64,000 bases of DNA from Cetorhinus maximus (taxonomy: Eukaryota), in assembly GCF_964194155.1 (NCBI RefSeq), contig NC_135901.1, forward strand, positions 9,548,001 to 9,612,000. Reading direction: 5' to 3'. How positions within the stretch are numbered: the first letter of the stretch is position 1; the number at the start of each line of letters is the position of its first letter. The notes beneath the pieces are model-generated. The model had not been told where the DNA came from, did not search any database, and saw only the letters and a program-made list of their open reading frames with translations. Positions 12,444 to 24,446 of the stretch are shown here, piece by piece. A program made the position numbers and the translations under genes.

Positions 12444-12989
12444 CAATTAGGCAGTCCTCTCAAATACAGAGCTCCTTGAGGAAATGGGTACTTCATATCC
12501 ACTCTGCATCATGGCCCTCTCCATTATAGATAAAATGCCTAACTTTGTACACCACTTACATTCTATTCCTTGGTCTCCTCTGTTCCAAAGAAAGCGAAAT
12601 AGAGTACATTTCCTTCGGGGAAGCCCCTTTGGCAGGGCCAGATTTAAGGTGAGATCGCAGCCAATAAATTGCGTTCCGTTTTAGAAGGGAAGCCTGCGAG
12701 TTTGAAGTGGGCCTGGAGGATTCTGACGACTAAACCTCAAATCTTTGCATATTGGCGAACAAAGAATATCATTACCAAGTTGATGAGTCCCTCTGGGTAG
12801 CGTCTATGCTAGCAGAATGATTTAATATGCTACAGCATCAGCACATTTGGCATCTTGACTTCCCAAAGTATGGTGTGTTTGGGGGGAAAAAATCTGAAAA
12901 ATGAGTCTCCAATGTCCAACCACCTCTATGCAGAATCCCTCAAAAGCATAATTATGTGTAATCATTCCTGCAGTTTATTTTTTAAACTA

Positions 12990-13465
12990 GAAAAGCCATC
13001 CAACACCAGCTTCCTCTTCCCAAGCCAATATGCCCAGTGGTGAGGCGCAAATCACTCCAAACCCACTCTGGTGCGCAGGACAGTTCTTTCATATGCCTGA
13101 TACCAGACTCTGGAAGCAACTGCTGTACTCAGAACTCAGTGGAGGCAGGAGACGCTTCAGTGACGCTTCTCCTCACTGCCCCCCTCCCCCGCATCCCCCG
13201 CCCCAAGTAACACCGACTCATGGGAGTCCCTGGCTTGTGACGGACCAAAATGGATGGAGGAGTTTCTTTTGTGAAGGTGAAGCCCAGGCGTCCGAAAGAG
13301 CGCGCAAACCCGCGGAGGAGCCATCTGCCCCACCCTTCAATCTCCAGCTGCCGCTGCATGTGGCACAGTCTGAGATCGTACGCTGGGCTTCTCAGCCACC
13401 ATAGAACCCATTGGACTGGAGTGGAAGTAAGTCATTCTCGACCCTGAAGGGCTGCCCAAGTAGGA
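12990..13465 (+). mobile_element. RTE-clade LINE 3' fragment
   Basis: HMPDTRLWKQLLYSELSGGRR and RSYAGLLSHHRTH are typical of the RTE ORF C-terminus. Confidence 0.65.
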
Positions 13466-13769
13466 GATGTTAAATTACTGCACAAATAATCACCTTTCAA
13501 AATATTAAACAGGAATTTTATCCAAATAAACTTATTAAAATGTTCCCCTCCAGCATTTCATTTAAATAGTTTTGAAAAGTAATGCACACACTGATAAGGG
13601 TTGAAACTCTTTCGAGTCTGATAAGGGTTGAACCAGAACATTCAGTGACTCGTCTATCTCAGTGCCATTATATTCCAGCTACCAAGGAGCCTTTGATATA
13701 TATTTAGACAGTGAAAATACAGCTGTAAGTGAATGGATATTGAGTCTTAAACTCAAAGTGCTGGAAGAG

Positions 13770-15040
13770 GTTGAGACCTTTTGAATGGAAACTCCGATGG
13801 GGAATTCGGGAGAAACTTCATTTCCCAGCGAGTGGTGAGAATGTGGAAATCGCTACCACAGGGAGGGGTTGAGGTGGATAGCATAGATATGTTTAAAGGG
13901 AAGTTGGAGAGACATTAGAGAGAAAGGAACAGAAGGATGTGGTAAGGGGGTGGGAGGAGGCTCATGTGGATCAGAAATACTGGCATGCAGCAGATGGGCC
14001 GAATGGTCTGTTTCTGTGCTGCTGTCGTGTAGAAAAGTCGGCCCTTTCAAATAAAAACCCTATGGATAAATTTAATCATGTGAAATGCGTAATTTTTTTA
14101 AAGCCTCAATTTGTATGCTAGAAGTTTTAATGAGTTGAAAAAGCAAATGGAAATTTGTGTAAAAGGTTTTTGGATATATGTAGGAAAAGAGACTTTAACA
14201 TTTTGTTCAATAGTAGGGTATAAGGCCACAGATGATGGTCAATGAGCCATTACCACTTAGAAGGGAGGCCATTTGGCCCATTGGGTCCATGCTGGTCCTC
14301 TGTAGAGCAATCCAGTCAGTCCCATTCCCTCCACTCTATCCCCGTACCCCTGCAAGTTTATTTCCATCAGGTTTCCACCCAATTTCCTTTTGAAATCATT
14401 CATCATCTCTGCTTCCACCACCCTCGTGGGCAGCGAGTTCATTACCACTCGCTATGTAAAAAAGTTCTTCCTCACATCTCCCTCCCATCCCCTGTGCAAA
14501 ACCTCAAATCTGTGTCTCCTGTACCTCGTTAATGGGAACAGCTTTACTTTATCTACTTTATCTAAACCTGCACTAATCTTATTCACCTCTAACAGTGGAG
14601 ATGTTAACACTTTCCCCAATAGGAAATATTGACATGATTGGAACATTAGAACATAAGAAATAGGAACAGGAGTTGACCGTTCAGCCCCTCGAGCCTGCTC
14701 CGCCATTCAATAAGATCATGACTGATCCTCTTGTGTTTCGATTTCCGCATCCCCATCTAACCCCGGCAACCTTTGATTCCCTTGCCTCACAAGAATCTGT
14801 CCACCTCCGCCTTAAAAATATTCAATTACTCCGGCTCCACCATCTTCTGAGGAAGAGAATTCGAAAGTCGCACTACCCTCTGAGAGAGAAAAAATTCTCC
14901 TCATCTCTGTCCTAAAAGGGCGACCTCTAATTTTAAAACAGTGCCCCCTAGTTCTGGACTCACCCATAAGAGGAAACATCCTTTCGACATCCACCTTGTC
15001 AAGGCCGTTCGGGATCTTCTATACACTTCAATCAAATCAC
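13770..15040. mobile_element. Cluster of CR1 3' fragments (13770-14030 +, 14255-14590 -, 14645-15040 -)
   Basis: NSLPTRVVEAEMMNDFKRKL, DVERMFPLMGESRTRGH, and a (TTCTTATG)-type tail at ~14645. Confidence 0.75.
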
Positions 15041-15074
15041 CCTGATTTTTGAATACAAAGCCTGACTGTATACC

Positions 15075-15455
15075 CAGCATGGCTTGTTGGCTAGCAGCCT
15101 GGCCGCAGGGTCAGAGGTTGTGGATTCAAGGCCCAGTCCAGTGACTCGAGCCCACAAGCAGAGCTGACACTCCTGATGCAGTACTGAGGGAATGTTGCAC
15201 TGGCGCATGAGGCTTTCAACCGAGGGCCCCCCATCTACCCTCTCGGGTGGAAGTAAAGGATCGCAAGGGTACAATTCCGAAGAAGTGCAGGGGAATTCTC
15301 CTTACTGTGCCATGAGCATTTTTCTCTTGTCCAATGACATTCAAAAAAGCAAGCAATCACATTGGTAACCCTACAATGTCACAGTGCTTACACTTCAAAA
15401 GTACTTCAATGACTTGTAAAGTACTTTGGCATGTCATGAAAGGTGCTTTATAAAT
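15075..15455 (+). mobile_element. Deu-domain SINE (SacSINE1-like)
   Basis: tRNA-like head, then GCAGTACTGAGGGAATGTTGCACTG...AACCGAGGGCCC...GGTGGAAGTAAAGGATC...GAAGAAGTGCAGGGGAATTCTCC. Confidence 0.7.
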
Positions 15456-15964
15456 ACATCATATCTACCAAATTGTTTAGAATAGATAAGAGTTGCGTAT
15501 TGCTGAGGAGACATGCTGCGAAGATTTTTGTCTTGCACTTAGCAGATTGGTCAAGGTGTTACTTTGGACAATGCACCAAGGGAACTGTTTCCCCCCAGGC
15601 TTTAGTTTAATTCAAAAAAAGGCACAATGCCTGGACATGTTCCTTTTGCCTACAGAGGACAGGTTCCTGTTTCTGAATATATGTTGCTTCTGCTAAATCT
15701 TCTTGATCGGAACCCGTGCCCCCTGAGCGTTAGCCTGGACCGCTGGATTACTAGCCCAGTGACAGTACCACTACACCGTCATCTCCCCCGAAACTCTTTG
15801 GGCTACATTTAAGTTTTTAGTGGGTGGTTGCACTTCAAGAAAGTTTAGTGACTCTTGATGGCCTGTGTTGACAACTCTTGTTTGGACATGGAGGTAATTA
15901 TTTGGCCTTGATCAACCATTCTGGCGTTGACCGTTGATTAACTTGCCTTCGATATTTCCTCCCA

Positions 15965-18035
15965 ATTTTTCAGCAATTAGATGAGGTTATGTTCTTTTTT
16001 AGCCATCTTAATGCCTTTTAAGGAAATATGTCCTCTTTTTCAATCCTATTAATGCTTCTTAAGAATATATTTTCCCTTTTTCCGTATCTTAATGCCTTTT
16101 AAAGAAGATATTTTCCTTTGTTCAATTATCTTAATGCCTTTTGAGAAATGCTCTCTTTTTCAGTCATCTTAATGCCTTATAATATGCCGCCTCCATGCAT
16201 TTGAGGAGATATTTGATCATCTTAATGCCTTTTAAGAAGCTTTTCAAAATTCTCCAGATTTTGGGAAGGTTCCATTAGATAGGCATATAGCAAATGTGAT
16301 TCCTTTATTCAAGAAGGGAGGGAGACAGGAAGCAGGAAACTACAGGCTCGTTAGCTTAACATCTGTCATAGGGAAAATGTTAGAAGCTATTATTAAAGAT
16401 GTTATAGCAAGGCATTTAGAAAAACTCAAAGCAATCAGGCAGAGTCAACATGGTGTTTTGAAAGGGGAATCATGTTTAACCAATTTATTGGCGTTCTTTG
16501 AAGGAGCCACATGTGCTATGGATAAAGGGGAACCAGGAGATGTACTGTAATTAGATTTTCAGATGGCATTTGATAAAGTTTCACACAAACGGTATTGTGG
16601 AAAATAAAAGCTCATAGGTGTAGGGGTATATTGGCATGGATTGGCTGGCTAACAGGAAACAGAGGGTAGCCATAAATGGATCTTTCTCTGGTTGGCAGGA
16701 TGTGACGAGTGGTGTACCGCAAGGATCAATGCTGGGACCTCAACTTTTTACAATTTATGTAAATGACTTGGATGAAGGGGCAGATGGTTTGGTGGCTATA
16801 TTTTCTGCCGACACAAAGATAGGTAGGAAAGTAAGCTGTGAAGAGGACATAAAGAGGTAGACATAGATAGGTTAAGTGAGTGGACAAAGACCAGGCAAAT
16901 GGAGTACAATGTGGGCAAATGTGAAATTGTCCATTCTGGCAGGAAGAATAAAAAAGAAGCATATTATCTAAATGGTGAGAGATTGAAGAGATCTAAGATT
17001 CTGGATGATCTGGGTGTCCTAGTGCATGAATCACAAAAGGTTAGTATGCAGTAATTAGGAAAGCTAATAGAATGTAATAGTTTATGCGAGGTGAATTGAA
17101 TACAAAAGTAGGGAGGTTATGCTTCAGTTGTACAAGGCACTGGTGAGAGCACACCTGGAGAACTGTGTACAGTATTGGTCACCTTATTTAAGGAAGGTTG
17201 TAAGTGCGTTGGAAGCAGCTCAGTGAAGGTTTACTAGACTAATACCAGGAATGGGTGGGTGTCTTATGAGGAAACATTGGATAGGTTAGGTTTGTATCCG
17301 CTGGAGTTTAGAAGAGTAAGAGGTGACTTGATCGAAACATTTATGATCCTGAGGGGTGAGTGGATGTGGAGAGGCTGTTTTCTCTTGTGGGAGAATCTAG
17401 ACTAGGGGTCACTATTTAAAAATAAGGGGTCACTCATTTAAGACAGAGATGAGGAGAAAATTTTTCTCTCGGAGGGTGGTGGGTCATGAAACTCTCTTAC
17501 TTGAAAGGCGGTGGAAGCAAGGTCTTTTAATCTTTTTAAGGCAGAGCTACATAGATTCTTGATTGACAAGGGGGTGACAGGTTATCAGGGGTAGGAGGAG
17601 GTTACAATCAGATCAGCCATGATTTTATTGAATGGCGGAGCAGACTTGAAGGGTCTTTTGGCCTACTCCTTCTCCTAGTTCATATGTTTGTTTATGTCCT
17701 CATTTTGGTTATCTTAATGCATTTAAGAAGTTATGTTCTCTTTTTCAGTCATCTTAATGCCTTCTGAGAAGACATGTTCTGTATCTTAATGCATTTTAGA
17801 ACATTTGTCCTCTTTTCCAGTCATTTGGGGAGATGTGTTCTATTTATCAATCATATTAATGCCGTTTGAGAAAATATGTCCTTTTTAGTCATCTCATGGC
17901 CTTTTAAGAAGATGTGCTCTCCTTTTGCGAATGCCTTTTAAGATGTTCTATTTTTCAGTCATCTTAATGTCTTCATCTTCATGTCTTTTGAGAAGATAGG
18001 TCCCCATATCCTTCAACATGTTAATGCCTTTTTGC
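15965..18035. repeat. Degenerate ~41-bp AT-rich minisatellite (ATCTTAATGCCTTTTAAGAAGATATGTCCTCTTTTTCAGTC-like), split by a CR1 insertion
   Basis: ATCTTAATGC recurs at ~40-45 bp spacing in 15965-16240 and 17695-18035. Confidence 0.85.
16241..17693 (+). mobile_element. CR1 LINE, 5'-truncated, decayed RT
   Basis: IPLFKKGGRQEAGNYRLVSLTS, SGVPQGSMLGPQLFTIYVNDLD, FSADTK; contains stops and frameshifts. Confidence 0.9.
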
Positions 18036-18430
18036 GACGCATTTTTGGGGAAAGGGGCTTGTAATGGCTGTAGGGGCCGAATAACCACCCCAACCACGTG
18101 GTCCTCATTTTGAATTCCGACCGTTGGCGGGAAAGCTCGAGCCGCCCGCCGCCCGCCGCCCGCGCGGGTTCTGGAGGTGGTGGGGATCTGATTGGACGGC
18201 GGGCCGCCGCCGCGCGATGGGCGATGCAGAAGCGCCCGCCGTGATTGGACGCGGGGGCGTGGCGATGGCTGTCCCTGCCCCCTCCCTGCGGCCGCCCCGG
18301 TATTTAAGCCGTTGGATGGAGGGGGAAGCGACGCCATTTGAGGATGTGAGGTGGAGGGGCTGGTCATGGAATAAAGTAGAAATAAAACATTATAAGAGGG
18401 AACACTGTTTTTGAAATAAGGTTACTATAA
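18035..18430. promoter_or_regulatory. CpG-rich promoter-like element (alternatively a solo LTR)
   Basis: CACGTG, TTGGCGGGAAA (E2F-type), two GATTGG (CCAAT) boxes, GC boxes, TATTTAA at 18301, CGCCATTT. Confidence 0.55.
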
Positions 18431-19079
18431 TCAGGAGAGGCACCCCTTTGTTTTAAAAAGTGAAATAAAAGGCACACAGGACCTCATTGGGTTGCCAGTT
18501 TAGGCAGGGTCAAAGGTCGCCCAAACATTGGCCAACTAATGTGGCTCTGACTGCATGTCAGAACTGTTGGACTTAAATGAAAAGTTTCCCTCTTAAGAGG
18601 GAAGATAGGCTTTAAGAGATAGGAGAGGTTGCGACGTAGTCCTAGAGCAAGTCAGTGAAGCTTATCAGGTTGGAGGTAGGCAAGTGACCAGTGGCGGGCT
18701 GAAGAGTTGAAATAAGGCAGTAAAGGGTCTCAGAGCACCAAAGGTCCAGGTAAGACGAAATGGCAGGAATTACGTGCACACACACACCATCATTATCATC
18801 ATCACACCATCATCATTGCATGTGGGCAAAAGGGAGAACGGCGCCAATTTCACTTGGGATTCGCCGAGTGCCCCTCGCTCAAACGGAGCCAGGGCGACGC
18901 CCCGGAGCGAATTGCTTTGGCGTTGCACCCTTCAGCCACCTTGCGGAGCCCTGGCCAATGTTGACGCGTGGGAGGATTTGGGTGCCCCACACCCGAAACG
19001 CTGCAAGCTGCCCCGCTGGCGGCAGCAAGCAATAAAGGGCGGCGAATGGCATGTCGGCTCTCCCCTTGCGAGGGAGGTG

Positions 19080-19790
19080 CTGTTTTAAGAGTAAGGAAGT
19101 TTTGCCCCCATTATACAAGGCCTTGGCGAGACCACGCCTGGAGCACATGTGCACAAGTTTCAGTCTCCTTAGCTAAGGAGACTTGCCTTTGGTGGGGATG
19201 CAGTGAGGGTTCACGAGACTGATCCCTGGGATGCTGGCATGGAGGTGAAGCGCAGAATGGCCTCCTTACTCATTCCGTGAATCCCTACGAGAGGGCCGAC
19301 CTACGAGGTGAGATTGAAGTAGGGGAGCCTGTTACCGCTGGAGTTTGGAAGAATGGGAGGTGATCTGATTGAAACTTTGAACATTCTTCGAGGGCTTGAC
19401 GGGGTCGGTACCGACAGACTATTTCCCTCCTGCGGCTGTAAAGTCTAGAATGGGGGGCGGCGGGGGCGTCACATTCTCAGGGTGAGGGGTCGTCGATTTT
19501 GGACTGAGATGAGGGGAAATTCCTTCACTCGGAGGGTTGTGAATCTTTGGAATTCTAACCCCCCCCACCCCTCCCCGAGAGCTGTGGATGCTCCGTCACT
19601 AAGTCTATTCAAGTCTGAGACTGATAGGATTTTGGGCGCGAAGGGATAGGGCAGGAAGGTGGAGTCGAGACAGAAGATCAGCCGCCATCCTAATGAATGG
19701 GGGAGGGGGGCAGGCCCGAGGAGCTGAATGGCCTCTCCCTGTGCTGCCGAATGGCCTGTTTCTGTGCCCTATATCCTGTGTGGTTTCCGA
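19080..19790 (+). mobile_element. CR1 LINE 3' fragment, unusually CpG-rich
   Basis: LYKALARPRLE..., GDLIETL, RVVNLWNS motifs. Confidence 0.75.
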
Positions 19791-20449
19791 CAAGTGCCCC
19801 AGTTCCTTCTGCTAACACCCCTCATGCGAAAAACCGACAGATTTGTAATAGCAGGCAGACCTTTAAACTGTGAATAAAAACGGGGCTCATGAAATAATTC
19901 ATTATTTAGGAAGTAAATAGGAAGGGAATCCCCCGTTTAAAAATCGTACCATTGTAACTTATATTGACTTTCATCATTCTCTCAACCAAAATACAGCGGC
20001 TGACTCCCTCCCAAACCGGAGCTCAAATTCACTGGTATTGTGGTCACCCTTTGCAATGCAGTCATTGACTGTTGGATGATTAACAAACCCCCCCACCACC
20101 CACCCCCCCCCCCCCCCCCACCCCTCCCCCGGTTGTCCCTCCTCTCTAACTCTCGCCTGGCCTGTTCCCGAGCCATTTTGAAAATATACTGTTCTAGAAA
20201 AACTGTCCTGGCTGTGTTCTAGAAATTTGAGACCGCGAGTAGAGTGCTGGTGTAGTGTTGTGGGTTTAAACTGCCCACCCGTGTATGTGACGGTGATGAG
20301 GAACGCTCGCATGTGGCTCCTGAATTATTTCATGAGCCCCATTTTTATTCACTACTGTTTAAATCTCTGCCTACTCTTACAAATGTGTTGGTTTTTGGCA
20401 TGAAGGATGTTAGCAGAAGGAACTGAGACACTGATCGGAAACTACACAG

Positions 20450-21380
20450 GATTATACAGCACAGAAACAGACCAGTCGGCCCAACCAGCCCATGCTGCTA
20501 TTTATGCTCGACTCGAACCTCCTCCGATATTCCTCATCCAAATCTCTCATTGTAACCCTTCTATTCCTTTCTCCCTCATGTGTTCATCCAGCTTCCCCCT
20601 TAAATACATCTACACTATTCACCTCAACCACTCCCTGTGGGAACGAGTTCCACATTCTCTCCCACTCTCTGGGTAAAGGAGTTTCTCCTGAATTTCCCAT
20701 TGAATTTCTTGGTGACTGTCTTATATTGACAGCCTCTGGTTCTGCACTTCCCCACAAGAGGAAACGTTCTCTCTGTATCCACTCTTATCGAAACCTTTAA
20801 TCATTTTAAAGACTTCTACTAGGTCACCCCTCAGCCTTCCAATTTTTCCAAAGGAGACCCAGCCTGCCAACCCCTGCCTGATATATATACCCACGCATTT
20901 CTGGGATCACCCTTGTAAATCTTCCCTGCGCCCTCTCCAGTGCCCCTGTATCCTTTTTATAATATGGTGAACAGTTCTGCACACAGTACCGTAAGTCTGG
21001 TCTAATCTCGGTTTGGTGCTGGTTCAGCAGAACTTCCCTACTTTTCAATTCTAGCCCTCTAGAGATAAAGCCTGGTGTTTGTTTGCTTATTTCTACGGCC
21101 TCGGTTTTCAATGATTGACGTATTCGTAACCGAGACCCCTTTGTTCCTCTACTATACCTAGACTACCATCTTCCAAGTAATTCGTGACCTCTCTGTTCTT
21201 CCTACTGAAATGAATTACATCACATTTATCTGTGCTGAACTTTATTTGCCAATTATTTTCCCATCCTGCAAGTTTGTTGCTGTCCTCCTGTAATTTGTTG
21301 CAGCCCTCCTCACTCTTTCCCCCAGCACCCCCTGCCAATTTGGCGTCAGAGGCAAGTTAAGAGAATGCATTGTGAAACTA
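20450..21380 (-). mobile_element. CR1 LINE 3' fragment
   Basis: LQEDSNKLAGWENNWQIKFSTDKCDVIHF and ALERAQGRFTRVIP. Confidence 0.8.
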
Positions 21381-21529
21381 TTCCGATACTCCTGAGACTG
21401 ATATAGTGCCGGATATAGCAGAATATATATATTTCTGCTATTCCCCAAGACCTGCCCCAGTTTCAGTAGTATAATGCAGTCTTCCCTAGTTGAATATCTG
21501 ATGAGAGATTGATCGCCTCCAAGCTTTTA

Positions 21530-21930
21530 TTCTCATTCACGGGACTTGGGCACCGCTGGCAAAGTTAGGATTTAATGCCCTTCCCTAAATTGCTCCTTGA
21601 GAAAGTGGTGGCGAGCTGCTGCCTTGAGTATAACTGAGAGGCTTGCTAGGCCATTTCAGAGGGCAGTTAGGAGTCAACCATATTATTGGGGCCTGGAGTC
21701 ACACGTGGGCCAGACCAGGTAAGGTTGGCAGATTTCCTTCCCTAAAGGACATTAGTGACCCAGATGGGTTTTTACAACAATCCGATAGTCTCATGGTCAC
21801 TGTCACTGAGACTAGCTTTCAATTCCAGATTTATTTAATGAACTGAATTTAAATTCCCTCATGCCATGTAAGGATCCAAACACACATCCAGGCCTCTGGA
21901 TTGCTAGCCTAATAACATAACCGCCCAGGC
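21530..21930 (-). mobile_element. tRNA-derived SINE
   Basis: Same core as 6930-7180 and 10185-10490. Confidence 0.7.
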
Positions 21931-22879
21931 AATCCAGTTTTATAAAAGTCTGAAGGAGTTCTTCCAAATGACCCTTGTGACACCAGTTGTTGAACCATAC
22001 ATTCAATATTTTGATCTTGTCTACTCTATGCCAATTTACTGATGTATGAGAGAGTAATCTAGAGGTTATTACTTTTGTTTTTGCTTTTTAATTTAGGCCC
22101 TAGCTGCTCATGCTCCCTGAGCAGAACCTCTTACACGATAATACCTATGTAGCTGGTACCTACATGAACCACGATAACTGGGCCCTCTCCCTCCCTCTCC
22201 ACGTTATTCTCCAGCCCAAGGTGATGTCCTTAAATCCATTACTGAGCAGGCTGCACAGCTTTCGGGACTCACACACTTGGCTACTGTCCCCGACTATTCC
22301 TACATTTTGTTCTCCCCGCCACCCCCCACCCCCAACTTGAATGGTCCCCTGTAACTCGGTACCATGGTCACTTTGCTCATACATCAAGCTGCTGTCCTCA
22401 TGGCTCCAAGAACTTTGAATTTATTGGACAAGTGCAAAGGCTAATGCGCTTCCGTTGCTACCTTCTTGATACCCATACCTGTATCACCAGTAGTCACACC
22501 CTCCCACGCCTGACCACAGTCTAAATCTGATATTATGTAACTTAAGGCGAGTGGCTGCTTGCTGAATCAAATTGTCCAGGCAACTTTCTCCCCATTGTCC
22601 AAAGTTCAGGCTCCAGCTTAACAACTCTGAACTGAAGTTCCATGAACTGCACTTACTGCAGCTGTGGTTGCTGTGGATCACATTCGTGCCTACCAACTTC
22701 CAAATGCTACGGCTGCAACACATCATATCAAGTCAATTCTGATCTGGAAGTTGCTCAATATCAGAGTATTTCCAATATTTTCTATTTTTATTGCATATTT
22801 TCAGCATCCACAGTATTTTTGCTTTTCTTTGACCAGGGGAATGTAAGAATATGGAAATCGTTATATTAAGAGTTTGCGA

Positions 22880-23260
22880 AGCATGTCTGAGCTGGGAACT
22901 CATCGGTACAATCACACCACAAAAACACCGTCCACCAGCTGTATGTAGACAGGTATTCACTTGGTCAACCCATTTACTGACACAAGAACACAGTCACGTC
23001 AGAGGGAGACCATTCAGATACTTTATATGCGCGGAGGGATCTATTCAGTATTTCCACTAGTTAACACTTCAGCTTTAAAAGTTCAAAGCAATTGATATAC
23101 AATCAATTGGTGATGAGGAGCTGTTTAAATGTTCTGTTTGCGAGAAAAGACACATTCGTTCACACCGCCTGCTAAGAATCCAGTGAGTTCACATTTGACA
23201 TTGAGGGTTTTTTCCTGCTGTTAATCAAATCCAGTATAGAACCATGGATGCTGTGTCAAC
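22880..23260 (+). pseudogene. Highly decayed C2H2 zinc-finger remnant
   Basis: Residual GGGAGACCATTC and CAGTGAGTTCAC linker motifs plus the shared ZNF 3' motif CTGCTGTTAATCAAATCCAG. Confidence 0.55.
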
Positions 23261-23340
23261 TGACTTAACCATTTTATATCCATGGTTCAAATCGTAATCG
23301 GACCACAAAAGATGATGTTGTATTCGATGAAACAGGTTGT

Positions 23341-23830
23341 CAATGGCGGTGCGGGTTACCCAGCATTCACGGAGAGGCAGAATATGCCCTATCTGCACAA
23401 CAAGCGATTGTTGCGCAGGCGCAGCGCCGTTCTGACTGGATCATGCGCAGTGCGGGTGTTGGGTCTGGTCGGTCGGGCTGGTGTCGGAGCCGCAGGGAGA
23501 CAGAAACTGACTGGAGCCGGCGGGTCGGGGGGGAGAGGCTTCAGAAACACCCGGTGTAGGCCGCAATCCCGGATCACAGCCTCCATGTCCCGTGTTTGCA
23601 GCTCCGGGGCTTCTTCCCGGTGACAGAGCCAGGTTCAGGGGAAGAGGCTCCGAAGCGGGAGATTCAGAAACTGCGGGGAGACCGGGGGCCGCCCGGGGGC
23701 TCAGAAACTGGGGGGGGGGACGGACTCAGGGTCCGGCTAAGACCCACCCGGGAGGGTCCCCCCTCCTGTGTCCCGCCCGGCGGCAGCTGGGTTCCCGCCT
23801 GAGACCCCGAATCAGAGACACAGGAGCTGG
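23341..23830 (+). promoter_or_regulatory. CpG-island promoter of ZNF-A
   Basis: CAATGGCG, TTACCCAGCAT (ZNF143-like), TGCGCAGGCGCA (NRF1-like); the module recurs upstream of other ZNF genes. Confidence 0.7.
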
Positions 23831-24446
23831 AGAACTGAACCCAGGCAGAGGAGAGGGAGGGAGAAAACTGGGAGTGGAGGAAAGAAATGGTGGAGATGGT
23901 GAGATGGGTTTGGATTTCGGCCCAGGGAGGAGGGAGAGTGTGTGGGACGGAGATTTACAGCTTGGGGGGAACAAGAGAAAAAAGGATGTTCCATAGAAAC
24001 TAGAATTGTCTGTTCAGAATTACTGTCTTGGATTTAAAGTGATGACTTTTGTAAACTCGTTTTACAGGGTATTAAACGGGGATGACTGGCAGACAGAAAA
24101 CGCAAAGCAAACATCACATCAAGATCTGTCAGAGGCACTGAATTCATCAGGACCTGAATATCATCATCTTTTGAATGTGGAAGGAGAAATGTTCGTCTCT
24201 TCTGTCTTTGGGAAAGGATTTCAAACATCGGTGTGACTGGAAAAGCACCAACACACACCCGAGTGAGAGTGTTCCAGTGAACTGACTTTGGAAAAAACTT
24301 TAAGCAGTTACACAGTCTGCAAAAATATTGCACCATTCACAGTGGGGAGAAACTGTTCACGTGTTGTGTGTGGACAAGGCTTCAACTAAGCGTCCAACCT
24401 GGAAAGAGACAAGGACCCCCACACCATAGAGACCCCATGGAAATGT

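Noticed and set aside
23282-23996. GC-rich ORFs in CpG islands (also 17948-19222, 34283-34814, 51471-52106)
   Set aside because: Low stop-codon density in promoter DNA; no recognisable domains.
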